Below are positions 9,241 through 19,981 of a stretch of DNA of 64,000 nucleotides, piece after piece. Location: assembly GCA_963663965.2 (NCBI GenBank), contig CAXXFK010000006.1, forward strand, positions 96,001 to 160,000, read 5' to 3'. Under the pieces are notes generated by a model. It made no database searches. It worked only from the letters and a program-made list of their open reading frames with translations, and had not been told where the DNA came from. This DNA comes from Sedimentisphaerales bacterium (GTDB lineage: Bacteria > Planctomycetota > Phycisphaerae > Sedimentisphaerales > SM23-30). Every line of letters begins with the position of its first letter. Position 1 is the first letter of the stretch. Position numbers and translations under genes: made by a program.

Positions 9241-12200
9241 ATGAAATCAGTTTTGTATATTTTTATTATTTTGGGTGCGTGCGTTGCCGCATTAGCCGGT
9301 GCGACTGATGAGTCGAATCCGGTTAGTACACGGGCAGAATCTGGAAAATATCAACAATAACTTAAGCGGACATTATCATCTGGTGAATGATATAGGACCT
9401 TTCCGGAACAACTTATGATCAGGCCGTGATCGCTGCCGACAGTGTGCCCTTTACGGGAGTTTTTAATGGCGGGGGGTTTATCATCAGAAATCTGACCATT
9501 AACAGTGAAGGGGATCAAGTAGGATTGTTTGGTCAGATTGGTGATGGGGGTATTGTAACAGAGCTGGGGATGGTCGATGCAGATATAGGGGGCAGACAGA
9601 ATGTCGGAGTTTTGGCGGGGAGTACGCTGGCAGGAAGTTCCATTGTTCAGTGTTTTTCAACCGGAGCAGTTGTCGGGACGGGGGATCATAGCGGTGGATT
9701 GGTCGGCAGCAGCGCCGGCGCCATTCGCCAATCATTTTCAATAGCAGACGTTACCGGGGTGAATCATGTAGGGGGGCTGGCCGGGTATAATATGGCCCCG
9801 GACACTATTTCTCAGACTTATTCAACCGGTCAGATTGTCGGTACGGGAACGGAGGTTGGCGGTTTGATGGGTTGCAGTCCGGTTTCCAGTCGCAAAGCAG
9901 TGATGTTTGATGGGGATGCCGACTACATTGCGCTATCCAAGCCGCTATCGATTTTTAACAGTTCCTTTACAATTGAGATGTGGGCTTATTTTAATGATGA
10001 CGGCAGGGGTATTTTGCTGGGTGATTATAGCCTGTCAGGCGCTATCAATACCAATTTTGAACGGTATACCAGTGGGCAATTACGGATATACTGGAATAAT
10101 GGGGCTTTGAATTATTATACCGATGCGGATGTTGTCGGGACGGGGCGATGGGAGCATCTTGCATTTCAAAGAGACAAAGATGCCAATGTGTTCCGGATTT
10201 TCGTCGATGGGAAGCTGGTCAGTACATTTGACGATGCCGGCGTTGATCTGGCGGCGTCAATTCCGCATTATCTGGGGCGTGATAGCCGGACCGGCTCGAC
10301 GGCCCTGAATGGCAGGATGAGCGATGTCCGGATCTGGAATACAGTGAGGACGGAAACTGAAATCCGGGCCGACCGGTATCAGCCACTGTCTGGCAATGAA
10401 CCGGGTTTGGCAGGGTACTGGAAACTGGATGAAGGAACCGGGGCGGTTGCTCATGACAGTACCGCCGGTGGGAACCATGGCTATTGTTCGCTTTCGGTTG
10501 TACCGGATTTAGGACCGGGCAAAAATGATGGCGCCATCAACGGCGCCTCACCAACTCCTGTTATCGATCAGTCTTTTTCTTCCGCCATGACATTTAACGG
10601 TGACTCAGATTGTGTTATTTTAAGCAAGCCGCTCCCCATTTTTGGCGGTTCCTTTACGATAGAGATGTGGGCTTATTTTAACGATAGCGGCCGGGATGTT
10701 CTACTGGGAGATTACAGCCTGGCAGGGGCCATTCAAACGAATTTTGAAAAGTATACCGATGGCCGGTTGAGGATCTACTGGAATGGCGGCAATCCCAACT
10801 ATCTGACGAATGCAGGTATGATAACCACCAATACCTGGCAACATATCGCATTTCAAAGAGATAAGGCTGCCGGTCTGTTTCGGGTCTTTGTGAACGGAGC
10901 GCTGGTGGGTTCCTATGCAAATATTGGAAATGACCTGAGCGCGAGTATTCCGCACTATCTCGGGCGCGATTCCCGTACGGGTACGACAGCTATGAATGGA
11001 CAATTGGCTGATGTGCGTATCTGGAACTATGCTCGCACCCATGGGGATATTCAGGCTGATATGAATGCGGTACTGGCGGGCAGTGAAGCGGGTCTGCTGG
11101 ATTACTGGAGATTTGATCAGGAGGAGCTATCGGCTGATTTATCCTGGGATGAAACCGTATTGATGACGGACAGTTTCTGGGATAAGGAGAATTCCCTTCT
11201 GACCGTCAGCAGCGGCGGTATTGGCGTCAGTACGGCGCAGATGCGGCAAATTGATACGTTTCTTGGGGCGGGATGGGATATGGAGAATGACTGGAGTATG
11301 CTGGCAGCATCGTATCCTGTCCTGGCGTGGCAGATGTTATCGGCGGATCTGGATAGAAATGGAATAGTCGATAGCAGGGATTTTGCCAGTGTTGAATCCG
11401 ACTGGTTTAAGCGGGCGGATGAGTTGCCGGAATATCCTGAGTTCTCCATGACGAACCCGTATGCCGAGGTCGACTGGGGTACAGCCGGGCAGTACAAAGC
11501 CAATATGCATACCCATACCACCATGAGTGATGGCAGTGACGATCCAGCTACCGTTATCGATGTTTACCATTCATTAGGCTACAACATCCTGGCGATTACC
11601 GATCACGATACCAGTTCGCCGTCAACGCCGACCTGGCCCTGGACGGATTATGGCCGCGATCCCGTGGCGCTTGACATGATAGCAATCGAGGGAAATGAGA
11701 TAAGCAGACCCCATCATACCTTGAGTTATTTTTGTGATTATGGCAATCCGAGCGAGACATTATGTGAACAAGCTATCATCGGAATTGGCAACCAGGGTGG
11801 GTTGGCGGTTCTGGCCCATCCGGTATATACCAATCATTATCTGGGAACGCAAGGTCTGCCGGCCGGTATGACCTGGACGTCGGAAGTATACGCGAATTTA
11901 TTTAAACAGTACACCCAACTGGTCGGTATGGAGGTCTATAATCATATCACGCATATGGACGCGCACCGGCCGGTCTGGGATGCCATTTTGACATTGACCA
12001 TGCCAGACCGCCCGGTTTGGGGTTTCTCTAATGATGATTCACATTCCCCGAGTCACCGGGGATATGGGTATGAGATATTCCTTTTGTCTGACCCCAACGA
12101 ACAGGGGGTTCGTACTGCTATGGAAAACGGCAGTTTCTATTTTGGCTATGCGTATGAGGTCGGCAAGTCCGGTCCGACGATCCATTCAATTGATGTAGAC

Positions 12201-12512
12201 GTTTTAACCGGCCATATCCATATTCATGCTTCGGATTACGAACGTATTGACTGGATCTCGCGGGGGAAGGTGGTGGAGATCGGGGATGAGATCAGGATTG
12301 ATGCCAGTTCCAGCGTCCAGAATTATATCCGCGCGGAAATAATCGGCTCGAGTGGTGTCGCATTCACACAGCCGTTTGGCGTTATAAATCCTTGCCGTTA
12401 TCTCCATGAACACGGCATGAACTACGCGGGTGATATCGATCAGAATTGTAAGGTGGACATGAGCGATTTAAAGATACTGGCCACGCAGTGGCTCGATACG
12501 GTCTGGAGATAA
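9241..12512 (+). CDS. Secreted multidomain protein: GLUG-type region, 2x LamG, dockerin-like, PHP metallophosphoesterase, dockerin-like; two frameshifts near the 5' end
   Basis: Signal peptide MKSVLYIFIILGACVAALA at 9241 joins the 9426 ORF after removing one base near 9339 and one near 9395; VGGLAG repeats; two TIEMWAYFND..SDVRIWN units; NMHTHT..SDG, AITDHD, LAHP, NDDSH; DLDRNGIVD and GDIDQNCKVD. Confidence 0.8.
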
Positions 12513-12528
12513 TTGCTCCTAATGTATA

Positions 12529-12565
12529 GGGCCTCTAAAGCAATTTCAGAGGCCCCTTTTCTTTT
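12529..12565 (+). terminator. Intrinsic terminator
   Basis: GGGCCTCT / AGAGGCCC stem followed by T-rich run just after the 12512 stop. Confidence 0.75.
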
Positions 12566-12680
12566 AGTCCCTTAGGGTACAAAAATTAACATTCCATAAT
12601 CTCATTGAAATCAGACACTTAAAGAATGTTCGGTCGAACATGATTGTGGTTTTTTCCTGAATTGATAGACTTGGGGGACT

Positions 12681-12852
12681 ATGAAACAGAAGATATGGAT
12701 CACCCTTGCGACATATATTGCCTACTGCATCAATAAAGAGGGGAGTTCTATCAGGCGATTGAGTATCTCAAAACCCAGGAAGAAGTCTTGATTGAACAAC
12801 AGGAGCAACCGAACAAAGGCATTCTGTTGGCCAATCCTGAATGGATAAGAAT
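12681..12852 (+). pseudogene. Truncated, frameshifted N-terminus of rve transposase
   Basis: MKQKIWITLATYIAYCINKE..YQAIEYLKTQEEVLIEQQEQ, near-identical to the 41389 copy. Confidence 0.75.
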
Positions 12853-13019
12853 CTGACCATTCGCCCGGAGGATTTTGAAAGTGCCGGTCGAGCGGTTGAG
12901 GAATTGGCCGAAAATACCACTTTGACCGATTGACACCATTTTGACACCGCAGGGGTATTTCGGGCAGTAAAAGAAAAAGCCTTTATTTGTAAGTTACTAG
13001 AAATCAAGGCTTTACAAAA

Positions 13020-13061
13020 CGAGGCCGACGAGGCTCGAACTCGCAACCTTCGGATCGACAG
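13020..13061 (-). other. 3' half of tRNA-Asp(GTC); attachment-site core
   Basis: Reverse complement CTGTCGA TCCGA AGGTT GCGAG TTCGAGC CTCGT CGGCCTC G; discriminator G fits Asp; 5' half absent. Confidence 0.85.
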
Positions 13062-13156
13062 GCTGGCATTCTATTTGTAAGTATGTTGATAATAATATGT
13101 TAAGGCGAAATTTTGACGCCTTTTTTTGATATTCAGGTACATAACAACCTTATTTT

Positions 13157-14481
13157 GGCTCATCCGGTTAATGAGTAGTTTTGGTTATGGATATGATGGA
13201 TCCGGAGATAGAAGTATTCCTGATCGCGGTAGCCATGAGCCATTCGTTGCAGGAGGCCGATTTTACGGTTATTGACTTCGACTTTGCTGGTGCTGATGGG
13301 ATGGTCATACCAATTGAGCAGGAAGGGTTTCCAGAGTTGCAGTTGTTTGGCGGCATCCAGCAGGATCCGAATCCCGCTGGTTTGCGCCTGGCTGATCCAG
13401 CGTTTAAGTTCCTGTTCAGCCAGCGGAGCCGTGATCGCATCAAAAAGGAGACGGAGCCGTTCTTTCATGTAATAGGCGGTGGCCAGCGGCTGGTTGAGTT
13501 GCAGAGCCTCCTGCAACCGGTGCCGTTCATCTTTGGCGCTATCGGCATGGGATTTAAGGTTCTCCGGCGCTTTGAGCAGCAGCCAGCGGCTGCCTTTAAG
13601 TACCGCTTTGCCCATGGTATCGGCCTCCCGGTACAAATCCCGGCGTAAACTGGTCAGTTTGTCGTTAAACCATTTGACCAGATGAAAATGGTCCAGCACC
13701 AGTTTGGCTTGCGGCAGTTCTTTCAGGACACTGGTCATAAAACCACTGGCCATATCGGTAGCCACCGCGGCAATCACCGCCCGGCTGCGTCGGACACGCC
13801 CCCAGAATCCCACCAGGGCCTCTTGGCCTTTGCCCTGGCCGATATGCAAGATTTGTCCGCTTTCCAGGTCGGTTACCAGCGAGATGTATTTGCTTTTCCT
13901 GCCCAGATACAATTCGTCAATCCCCAGATAACGAACCTTTTTCAGGGAAATCTTTCGGTACCGTCGACCTAGCCAGGACTTATGAATCGATTTGATGGTA
14001 TCCCAGCTTAAGCCGGTCCGTCGGGCCACCTCTTGCAGGGAAGCCGCCTGACATAAATCGATGACATACCGTTCCAACGCATGGGTGTAATGCTTCTTGG
14101 GGTCGGCAAATGGCAGATGAGGCTGACGAATGGCCCCGCACGCCAGACATTTCAATCGGGGAATAGTGACAAGCAACTCCATTTGACGCAGACCGGCGGG
14201 TACCATGGCAAACCTCCGGGCCTTGTGACCGAAGTAAATGAAATTACGGGAGTTACAACAAGGGCAACGCAGACTATCCGCCGGCAAGATGCCGTGAATC
14301 ACGCTCTTGCCCGCAAAAATATTCTGTCTTTTGGTATTGAACACCTCGAACACCAAAAGTATGATACAACATACTTGTGGACATGACTTTAGCTCCTAAT
14401 ATGAGGTTTTATTTTTTTCCTCAAACAGTAAAGTCATGTCTCTCTTTTTGCAACATTAACTACTCATTTTTCGGAAGAACC
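13157..14481 (-). mobile_element. ISL3-family insertion sequence
   Basis: Imperfect 24-bp IRs GGCTCATCCGGTTAATGAGTAGTT / AACTACTCATTTTTCGGAAGAACC; 8-bp TSD CTTATTTT / CTTATTAT (7/8). Confidence 0.9.
13160..14384 (-). pseudogene. ISL3 transposase with one frameshift near the N-terminus
   Basis: MSTSMLYHTFGVRG start (AGGAG RBS) is out of frame with the main ORF at the A5 run 14315-14319; CPCC/CLAC zinc finger, LGIDE, ATDM, LDHFH, VEVNNRKI..GYRD. Confidence 0.85.
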
Positions 14482-14676
14482 CTTATTATTCAAGTGAGAA
14501 ACAAGTGAGTTACCAGTGACGATTGACACTAATTTGACACCGAAAAGCTATAAGCCAGGAGTTTAAGCTCCATTTCGGCTGATTTTCTGAAAACAAACTG
14601 TCGTAGGGTCACTTATTTAGCTGCCGATGAATTTTTGCACTATAAGGAGCAATATACTCAAATGTATCGGTCTTTT

Positions 14677-16107
14677 TTACAGGTCTCTTTCTGGGTTGGC
14701 CTGGTAGATTCCGCCGAGATTGATGTGGCCCCAGGGGTCTGAAGACTGATCGATCACCAGGAGGATCAAAGGGCGTGCCAGAAAAGCCTGGCAATCGATT
14801 TGAACCGGTTCAAGCTGGTTGCTGTTATTTCCAGTGGTTTTAAAATAGACTGTCCCATTATTGCCATCGATTATTTTAATTTGGAGACGCTCTGTATCCT
14901 GGCCACCAGAAAGGTAAAGCAGGCAGTGCGGACGGGTCAGGTAAAAAACCGGGCTTTCGATCTGTCCGGTCAAGCTGTCATCGAACGTATCGGGTTCGGT
15001 TTCTGCAGTAGCGATAAAATATTCGGTTCGAGGGTGAAACCAGGTGCGAATAGAGTTCGTGAAAATGGCGTTCAGGTTACCTGATTTAAGCTGCCAATGC
15101 GAACGATGATCCGGATTATCGAAGTCGAAGACGGGCTGATCGTAACATTTCCAATGCAAGCGGGTGATCCTGATGCCATCCAGATTGGGATTGAGGGCGG
15201 CGATGTAATATTTGTCATCGAGTTTAACAATTTCCGGGGCGCAGAGATTGAGCTGGCAGACATAGCCGGAATCATTATCGATCCCGAAATGCAGGGGATT
15301 GCCGGACTGGTAGATGGTGGTTTGCGCGCCTGGGCCGTAATACTGGGTGCGGAAAAGGAAATAGCTGTCGGGCATGAGTTCGACGACATGCGGGCATTCA
15401 CAGGAATAGGGATTGTTGCCGGCCTTGCCGCCGTAACTGACGATAAAGGAATCGGACCAGTTCAGCAGGTTATCAGAGGTGCGGCAGAAGACATAGCCAT
15501 GACGCGCGGGAAAGGCGGTATAATAACAATGCCATTTATCCTGCGTGAACAGCAGCATCGGATCGCGATTGTTGACATTGGGGCCTTCGCTGAAAATGAC
15601 ACCGGCGTCGGTCAGGCGGGTAAACTTTTTACCATCGTTACTGGTTGCCAGCCGGATGTTATCCCAGTCGCCATAGATCATCCAGTAACGGCCCTGGGTT
15701 TTAATGACATGAGGCGCTTGCAGGCCGCCTAGTGGTTCACCCAGTTGGGGATTAGCTTCCATGACGATCCCCCTGGGAGCCCAGCCTTTATCGGTCAGTT
15801 TCCGGCCCTCCCAGCGGTAGAATAGCCGGGTATGGCCGCCCAGATTAGTAAAACGGATGCAGGACCAGATCTGCCAGGAGCCGTCGGCCGCCTGCCAGAG
15901 AGCAAAATCAACCGGCTGTTGTTTATCGCTCTGGTAGCGTTCCAGTTCAGGAGTTGAAGCGACTTGCCACCAGTTATCGTCGACAGTGGGAATATAGCAA
16001 CGATCAGCGATAAGCATTGCCGTCAAAGATAGTATGATAAAACAACCGGCATAGAAATTAATTTTTGTGTTCATACGAGTTCCAGAATTTACATTAGGCA
16101 TTGTCAA
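14677..16107 (-). CDS. Secreted five-bladed beta-propeller glycoside hydrolase (GH43/GH32 clan-like) with C-terminal beta-sandwich
   Basis: PVDF, LQAPHVI, NRDPM, CECPHVV motifs; C-terminal IDQSSDPWGHINLG; start may be ~16074. Confidence 0.7.
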   Translation of the reverse strand: MTMPNVNSGTRMNTKINFYAGCFIILSLTAMLIADRCYIPTVDDNWWQVASTPELERYQSDKQQPVDFALWQAADGSWQIWSCIRFTNLGGHTRLFYRWEGRKLTDKGWAPRGIVMEANPQLGEPLGGLQAPHVIKTQGRYWMIYGDWDNIRLATSNDGKKFTRLTDAGVIFSEGPNVNNRDPMLLFTQDKWHCYYTAFPARHGYVFCRTSDNLLNWSDSFIVSYGGKAGNNPYSCECPHVVELMPDSYFLFRTQYYGPGAQTTIYQSGNPLHFGIDNDSGYVCQLNLCAPEIVKLDDKYYIAALNPNLDGIRITRLHWKCYDQPVFDFDNPDHRSHWQLKSGNLNAIFTNSIRTWFHPRTEYFIATAETEPDTFDDSLTGQIESPVFYLTRPHCLLYLSGGQDTERLQIKIIDGNNGTVYFKTTGNNSNQLEPVQIDCQAFLARPLILLVIDQSSDPWGHINLGGIYQANPERDL

Positions 16108-17279
16108 TTAATGTCGTTATAAAAAGTTCCTCGTGGATTACGGGTTACGGTGTGCAGTTTTTTTTGAAGTTGGCATAGGTTCCGGAAGGTGCACATCGGC
16201 TGAAGCGAATGGTCCAGGTTGGGAAAATAGCGGCCAGTGGCGAGCAGGGGAGTGACTTTAACATTGATTTCGAAGTTAATCAGCGAATCGTTGCCCTCGT
16301 TGACGACTTCTTTTTCGACCCAACCGAAGAATATGAAATCAGGAAATTGTTGCCGCAGCAACATCAGATCGTTGTTGGATTTGGCTTCCACTGGATAAAT
16401 GCCATTGACGCCCAGTTGATGGAGTAAGGGAACGAACTCCATGACATTGCCATCCGTATCCACGACTAAACAATCGCAATCAAGATGATGGGCTAATTGA
16501 ACAATTTCACGATAAGAGTCACCGCAAAAGTCCAGAAAATGTTGTGGAGCGATCATCATGCCATGATTATAGCAGCAATCTTCACCGATTTTGAGTATTT
16601 CGGGCTTGAGGCGTTCGACCAGTGGAAAGAGGTATTTTCTACGCAGATTGGCCTGCCACTGAATGATATCGTGGGCCAGTTCCGGATCGTCGTATAAGAG
16701 GGTACAGGCAGTCTCCGGTCCCATCAGGTCGCGGATTGCTCCCCAGGTGGATAGCAGTGAGATGAACAGGGGTATGTCGCGATGATCATAGGGGCTACAG
16801 ACCTGATCAATTATTTCAGAGGGCCAAAGCTGTCCGGGTGTGTTCACATCACGATAGAATTCCCAACTGGCGCGATCTCGCACATGATAAACAGCAAACT
16901 CGGGCATGGAATAGGCATTGTCGCCATCAAGAATTTGACGAGTTATGGCGCCGGTATTGTATTCGATGATCTCATACCCATCTCGATATGTTTTTTTTGA
17001 CTGAATGCCTGGACAGGGATCGCAGGGCCAGAAATCGATGGTTAACGGGGTGAGAGTGCCCCAGTAATCTGACCAGGATTGAGCGGCGATCGGATCCCAT
17101 TGGGTTTGATAATTCCAGCCTTTGACGTGTTTGGGCATACCGGTGTCCAGCAAACGTTGGTAGATCTGGCCCCAAGCTCCGCCAAAGGACAGGCCGGACG
17201 CGCCCGGCAAACCGATCAGGGGAATATAATCCACCTGTTGGCCCCGACAGATTGCCTGGAATCGTTCTTTTTCGTTCAT
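16104..17279 (-). CDS. Uroporphyrinogen decarboxylase (URO-D/MtaA-CmuA-like) family protein
   Basis: MNEKERF start, RDLMG, EDCCYNHGMMI, DTDGN, YPVEAKSNND, GRYFPNLDHS. Confidence 0.85.
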   Translation of the reverse strand: MNEKERFQAICRGQQVDYIPLIGLPGASGLSFGGAWGQIYQRLLDTGMPKHVKGWNYQTQWDPIAAQSWSDYWGTLTPLTIDFWPCDPCPGIQSKKTYRDGYEIIEYNTGAITRQILDGDNAYSMPEFAVYHVRDRASWEFYRDVNTPGQLWPSEIIDQVCSPYDHRDIPLFISLLSTWGAIRDLMGPETACTLLYDDPELAHDIIQWQANLRRKYLFPLVERLKPEILKIGEDCCYNHGMMIAPQHFLDFCGDSYREIVQLAHHLDCDCLVVDTDGNVMEFVPLLHQLGVNGIYPVEAKSNNDLMLLRQQFPDFIFFGWVEKEVVNEGNDSLINFEINVKVTPLLATGRYFPNLDHSLQPMCTFRNLCQLQKKLHTVTRNPRGTFYNDIN

Positions 17280-17283
17280 GGTG

Positions 17284-19884
17284 TCAATGGCCCGGGCTGA
17301 ACGCTGACATGGGGCCGAGTTCGAGGCCTTGAAGGATGGCTTCTTTATCATCGACCCCGGTCAGGTGGATATTGATTATGCCGTTTTGAGGATTGATATC
17401 GGTAAAAGTCTTATCTATCGCCCGGAAAATGCCACCCGCCGCATCGGGGATATTCATTTTTTCGATGACGGCCTTGTCATTGATTTTGACGTTGACGGCA
17501 TGCGAGAGACGCTGATTGTCTTTATCCCGTTCCAGGAAGGGATGCAGGGGGGTATCGGCGAACTTGAGAGTCACATAATAATCACCGGGGCCTACGGTCA
17601 GGTTTACCCAGAAATCCGGACCGTGAGCGCCGTATCGATAGATTTCGGGATCGGGAGTATTGCCGATATACATACTGCGGCGTTGTGTCCACCAGGCCTT
17701 TTCCACGGTATCATTGCCATAGCCGCTACGAATGATCCACTCAGTGGCCGGCCGCCAGGCGTTACCTTTAGAATCGATATAGTCCTGACGGAGCGGGTAT
17801 CCAAATATCATACGTTGATGGCCGGTGGGACCGGAACCCTGACCGAAATCGGGTTCGGCCAGCGCCTGGGATGTCTGGAGATAATCGATGGCGATTGTTT
17901 CACCGCTAGAGATCAGGTTGCCCTGACCCCGGACAATCATCTTTAAGGTGTGTTCGCTGTTATCCAGTCCATTTTTAAAATACAGCAATTGCCGGTTGCG
18001 GAATTGTGGATTCCAGCAATCAATCAAGGTGGATTGTTTCTGACCGTCCAGATAGACATCGGCCAGACCGCCATCAGGTCCAACGCGGCCGAAAACCCGG
18101 ATCTGATTTCCGGTGAAGTTGAACTCCAGGGCCGCATCTTTTCGGGATGTGATATGAAGCTCATTGTTCAGGGCGCCGGTATCAGTTGTTGCTTTCCACT
18201 CTTTGTTAAAATTCAGAGTTGAATCGTCGATCTGTTCCTGAGGATCGTTTGATCCGATGACGATGATACGGGTGGCCCGGTCATGTCGAATGGTGATGAG
18301 ATAATCAGAGCCGGGCAGCGGTTTGATGGTGTACCCATTGCGGTTGAGGGTTGCCAGTTCCGGCAGTGGCTTGGTATCGGCAGTGATTGAATCCGGCAGG
18401 AAGGATAGTCGCAGGATATCAATGGTTTTTTCGGGCGCGTCGAAGGTGGTGTATTCGATCCGGTTCTGCAGGTATACCACATGGTTGACAACGGACGTGC
18501 TGCGCATGATATGATTTTCATTTTTGGGTCCGAACAGTTCCGGTGTCCAAGCCAGGGCTTCCATGACCTGGCAGAGGGGCCAGGGATGGGCCAGATTGGA
18601 CCATTCCTTGGTGGCGACAGCGTCGCCGAAGATGCCATCCCAGACCACACCGTTTTCGTGGCTGTCGTAGGTTGCCATAATCATCATGCGCCGCCCGATT
18701 TCGAGGATGCGGTCGTTACTGGCCAGGACTCCGAAGCGCAGCAGAGTGGGGCCGGCGGTATACTGGTTGTAGGACAGTGAGGTACCGCAGCAGGTCAGGG
18801 ATTCAGGGAACGCCCAGGCCCCATGATAGACATCGCCCACCGAGTAAGGATCGGCGCCGTTGCGATTAAAAATAAGCGTCAGGATATTGCGTAAATCGGT
18901 TTGCCAGTTGGGAAAAGCCTGGGGATTTTTCATAATATAATCGCCGCACATGGAGACTATCCCGCAGATTACGGGATTGTCCCAATCCCAGTAATTGCGG
19001 CCCCAAGAGTCGTTTTGGAGCCATTCGGGCAGGAGGATCTCGCGAATATAACGCCGGCCCGCGTCGCGCGCTTTCAGAATCTGGCGTTCTTTGCCGGTGT
19101 AACCCATTCGAATAAGTTTGTCGAGGAATTCCAGGATCAGGGTCGTACTGCCGGTCAGTTCATCGGACCAGCCGACGACTTCCGGATGGGAATAACGGTT
19201 CCAGGGCGGCATAGAGGGATCCAGATTGCATTTTTCGGCAAAGACATCGCCCCAATGTTGAGCGGATTCGAGATAACGTTCGTTGCCGGTCAATTTATAG
19301 GCCCTGAGAATTTCAGTACCGACGATCGCGCAGAGATCAAGTTGGGTACGGGCCTCCTGGATACATTTGCCATAGGCCTTGCCGCTGGTCGGAGTGGCGA
19401 TGGGGAACCGCGGCCAGTCGTGATCCTCGCTGGTCTGGGCGTAATCAAGAATATAATCGGCAGTGAGCGGGATATAAAGAAACGCGATAGGGTCACCACT
19501 GTATTGGTAATAGGCAGTAAGGCCTTTGATAATACTCCAAGCCCGCTGACTGAGATCGCCGCACATCCAGTCATTGGTTGAGGGTATCAGGATAGTGCCG
19601 TCGGATTCAATGCTCCAATGGGAGTTGTAAATAAAATCGGGCGCGGCCATAACCGCTTTTTTGTCATCAACCCAGGGATAACGTTTCATGGTTTCAACCG
19701 CTATACGCAGACGGGTATCCAGCGGGCCGTTTTGACCAGGATGCCAGGGGGCAATGACCCCTTGTTCATCTTGACGGACACTATGGGCGTAATAGCTGGA
19801 TCGGGTCTGAGCGGATTGGGAATGGCTGCATGACAAGCAAAAAAACAATAGTGTTACGAATACTGAACAGGCGCCTGATTTCAT
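17284..19884 (-). CDS. Secreted/lipoprotein putative glycoside hydrolase of unassigned family, with beta-sandwich and C-terminal malectin-like domains
   Basis: Signal/lipobox-like FFCLSC; helical repeats (AYKLTGNERYLESA); FTGNQI..GPDGG..VYLDG; DPEIYRY..GDYYVTLKFAD malectin pattern. Confidence 0.6.
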   Translation of the reverse strand: MKSGACSVFVTLLFFCLSCSHSQSAQTRSSYYAHSVRQDEQGVIAPWHPGQNGPLDTRLRIAVETMKRYPWVDDKKAVMAAPDFIYNSHWSIESDGTILIPSTNDWMCGDLSQRAWSIIKGLTAYYQYSGDPIAFLYIPLTADYILDYAQTSEDHDWPRFPIATPTSGKAYGKCIQEARTQLDLCAIVGTEILRAYKLTGNERYLESAQHWGDVFAEKCNLDPSMPPWNRYSHPEVVGWSDELTGSTTLILEFLDKLIRMGYTGKERQILKARDAGRRYIREILLPEWLQNDSWGRNYWDWDNPVICGIVSMCGDYIMKNPQAFPNWQTDLRNILTLIFNRNGADPYSVGDVYHGAWAFPESLTCCGTSLSYNQYTAGPTLLRFGVLASNDRILEIGRRMMIMATYDSHENGVVWDGIFGDAVATKEWSNLAHPWPLCQVMEALAWTPELFGPKNENHIMRSTSVVNHVVYLQNRIEYTTFDAPEKTIDILRLSFLPDSITADTKPLPELATLNRNGYTIKPLPGSDYLITIRHDRATRIIVIGSNDPQEQIDDSTLNFNKEWKATTDTGALNNELHITSRKDAALEFNFTGNQIRVFGRVGPDGGLADVYLDGQKQSTLIDCWNPQFRNRQLLYFKNGLDNSEHTLKMIVRGQGNLISSGETIAIDYLQTSQALAEPDFGQGSGPTGHQRMIFGYPLRQDYIDSKGNAWRPATEWIIRSGYGNDTVEKAWWTQRRSMYIGNTPDPEIYRYGAHGPDFWVNLTVGPGDYYVTLKFADTPLHPFLERDKDNQRLSHAVNVKINDKAVIEKMNIPDAAGGIFRAIDKTFTDINPQNGIINIHLTGVDDKEAILQGLELGPMSAFSPGH

Positions 19885-19981
19885 GGTTGTCTTTCTCTCT
19901 TATGATCTTGATGACGGGTTAATGAATCGAAGAAGACTGCATGTGTCGACTGAAACCTGAATCAAAACAGGAGCGGCAGGA

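Larger units (their letters stand above)
12928..14542 (+). repeat. Paired TTGACAC direct repeats on both sides of the tRNA-Asp fragment (arm-type sites)
   Basis: GATTGACACCATTTTGACACCG (12928-12949) vs GATTGACACTAATTTGACACCG (14521-14542). Confidence 0.65.
12570..14647 (+). mobile_element. Internally deleted shell of an rve/integrase-core (IS481/IS3-like, family uncertain) IS, carrying nested inserts
   Basis: IRs CCTTAGGGTACAAAAATT / AATTTTTGCACTATAAGG (15/18); 12570-~12850 and ~14565-14647 align by eye to the two ends of the element at 41268-42667. Confidence 0.75.

Noticed and set aside
13020..13061. Functional tRNA-Asp gene
   Set aside because: Same truncation; treated as an att core
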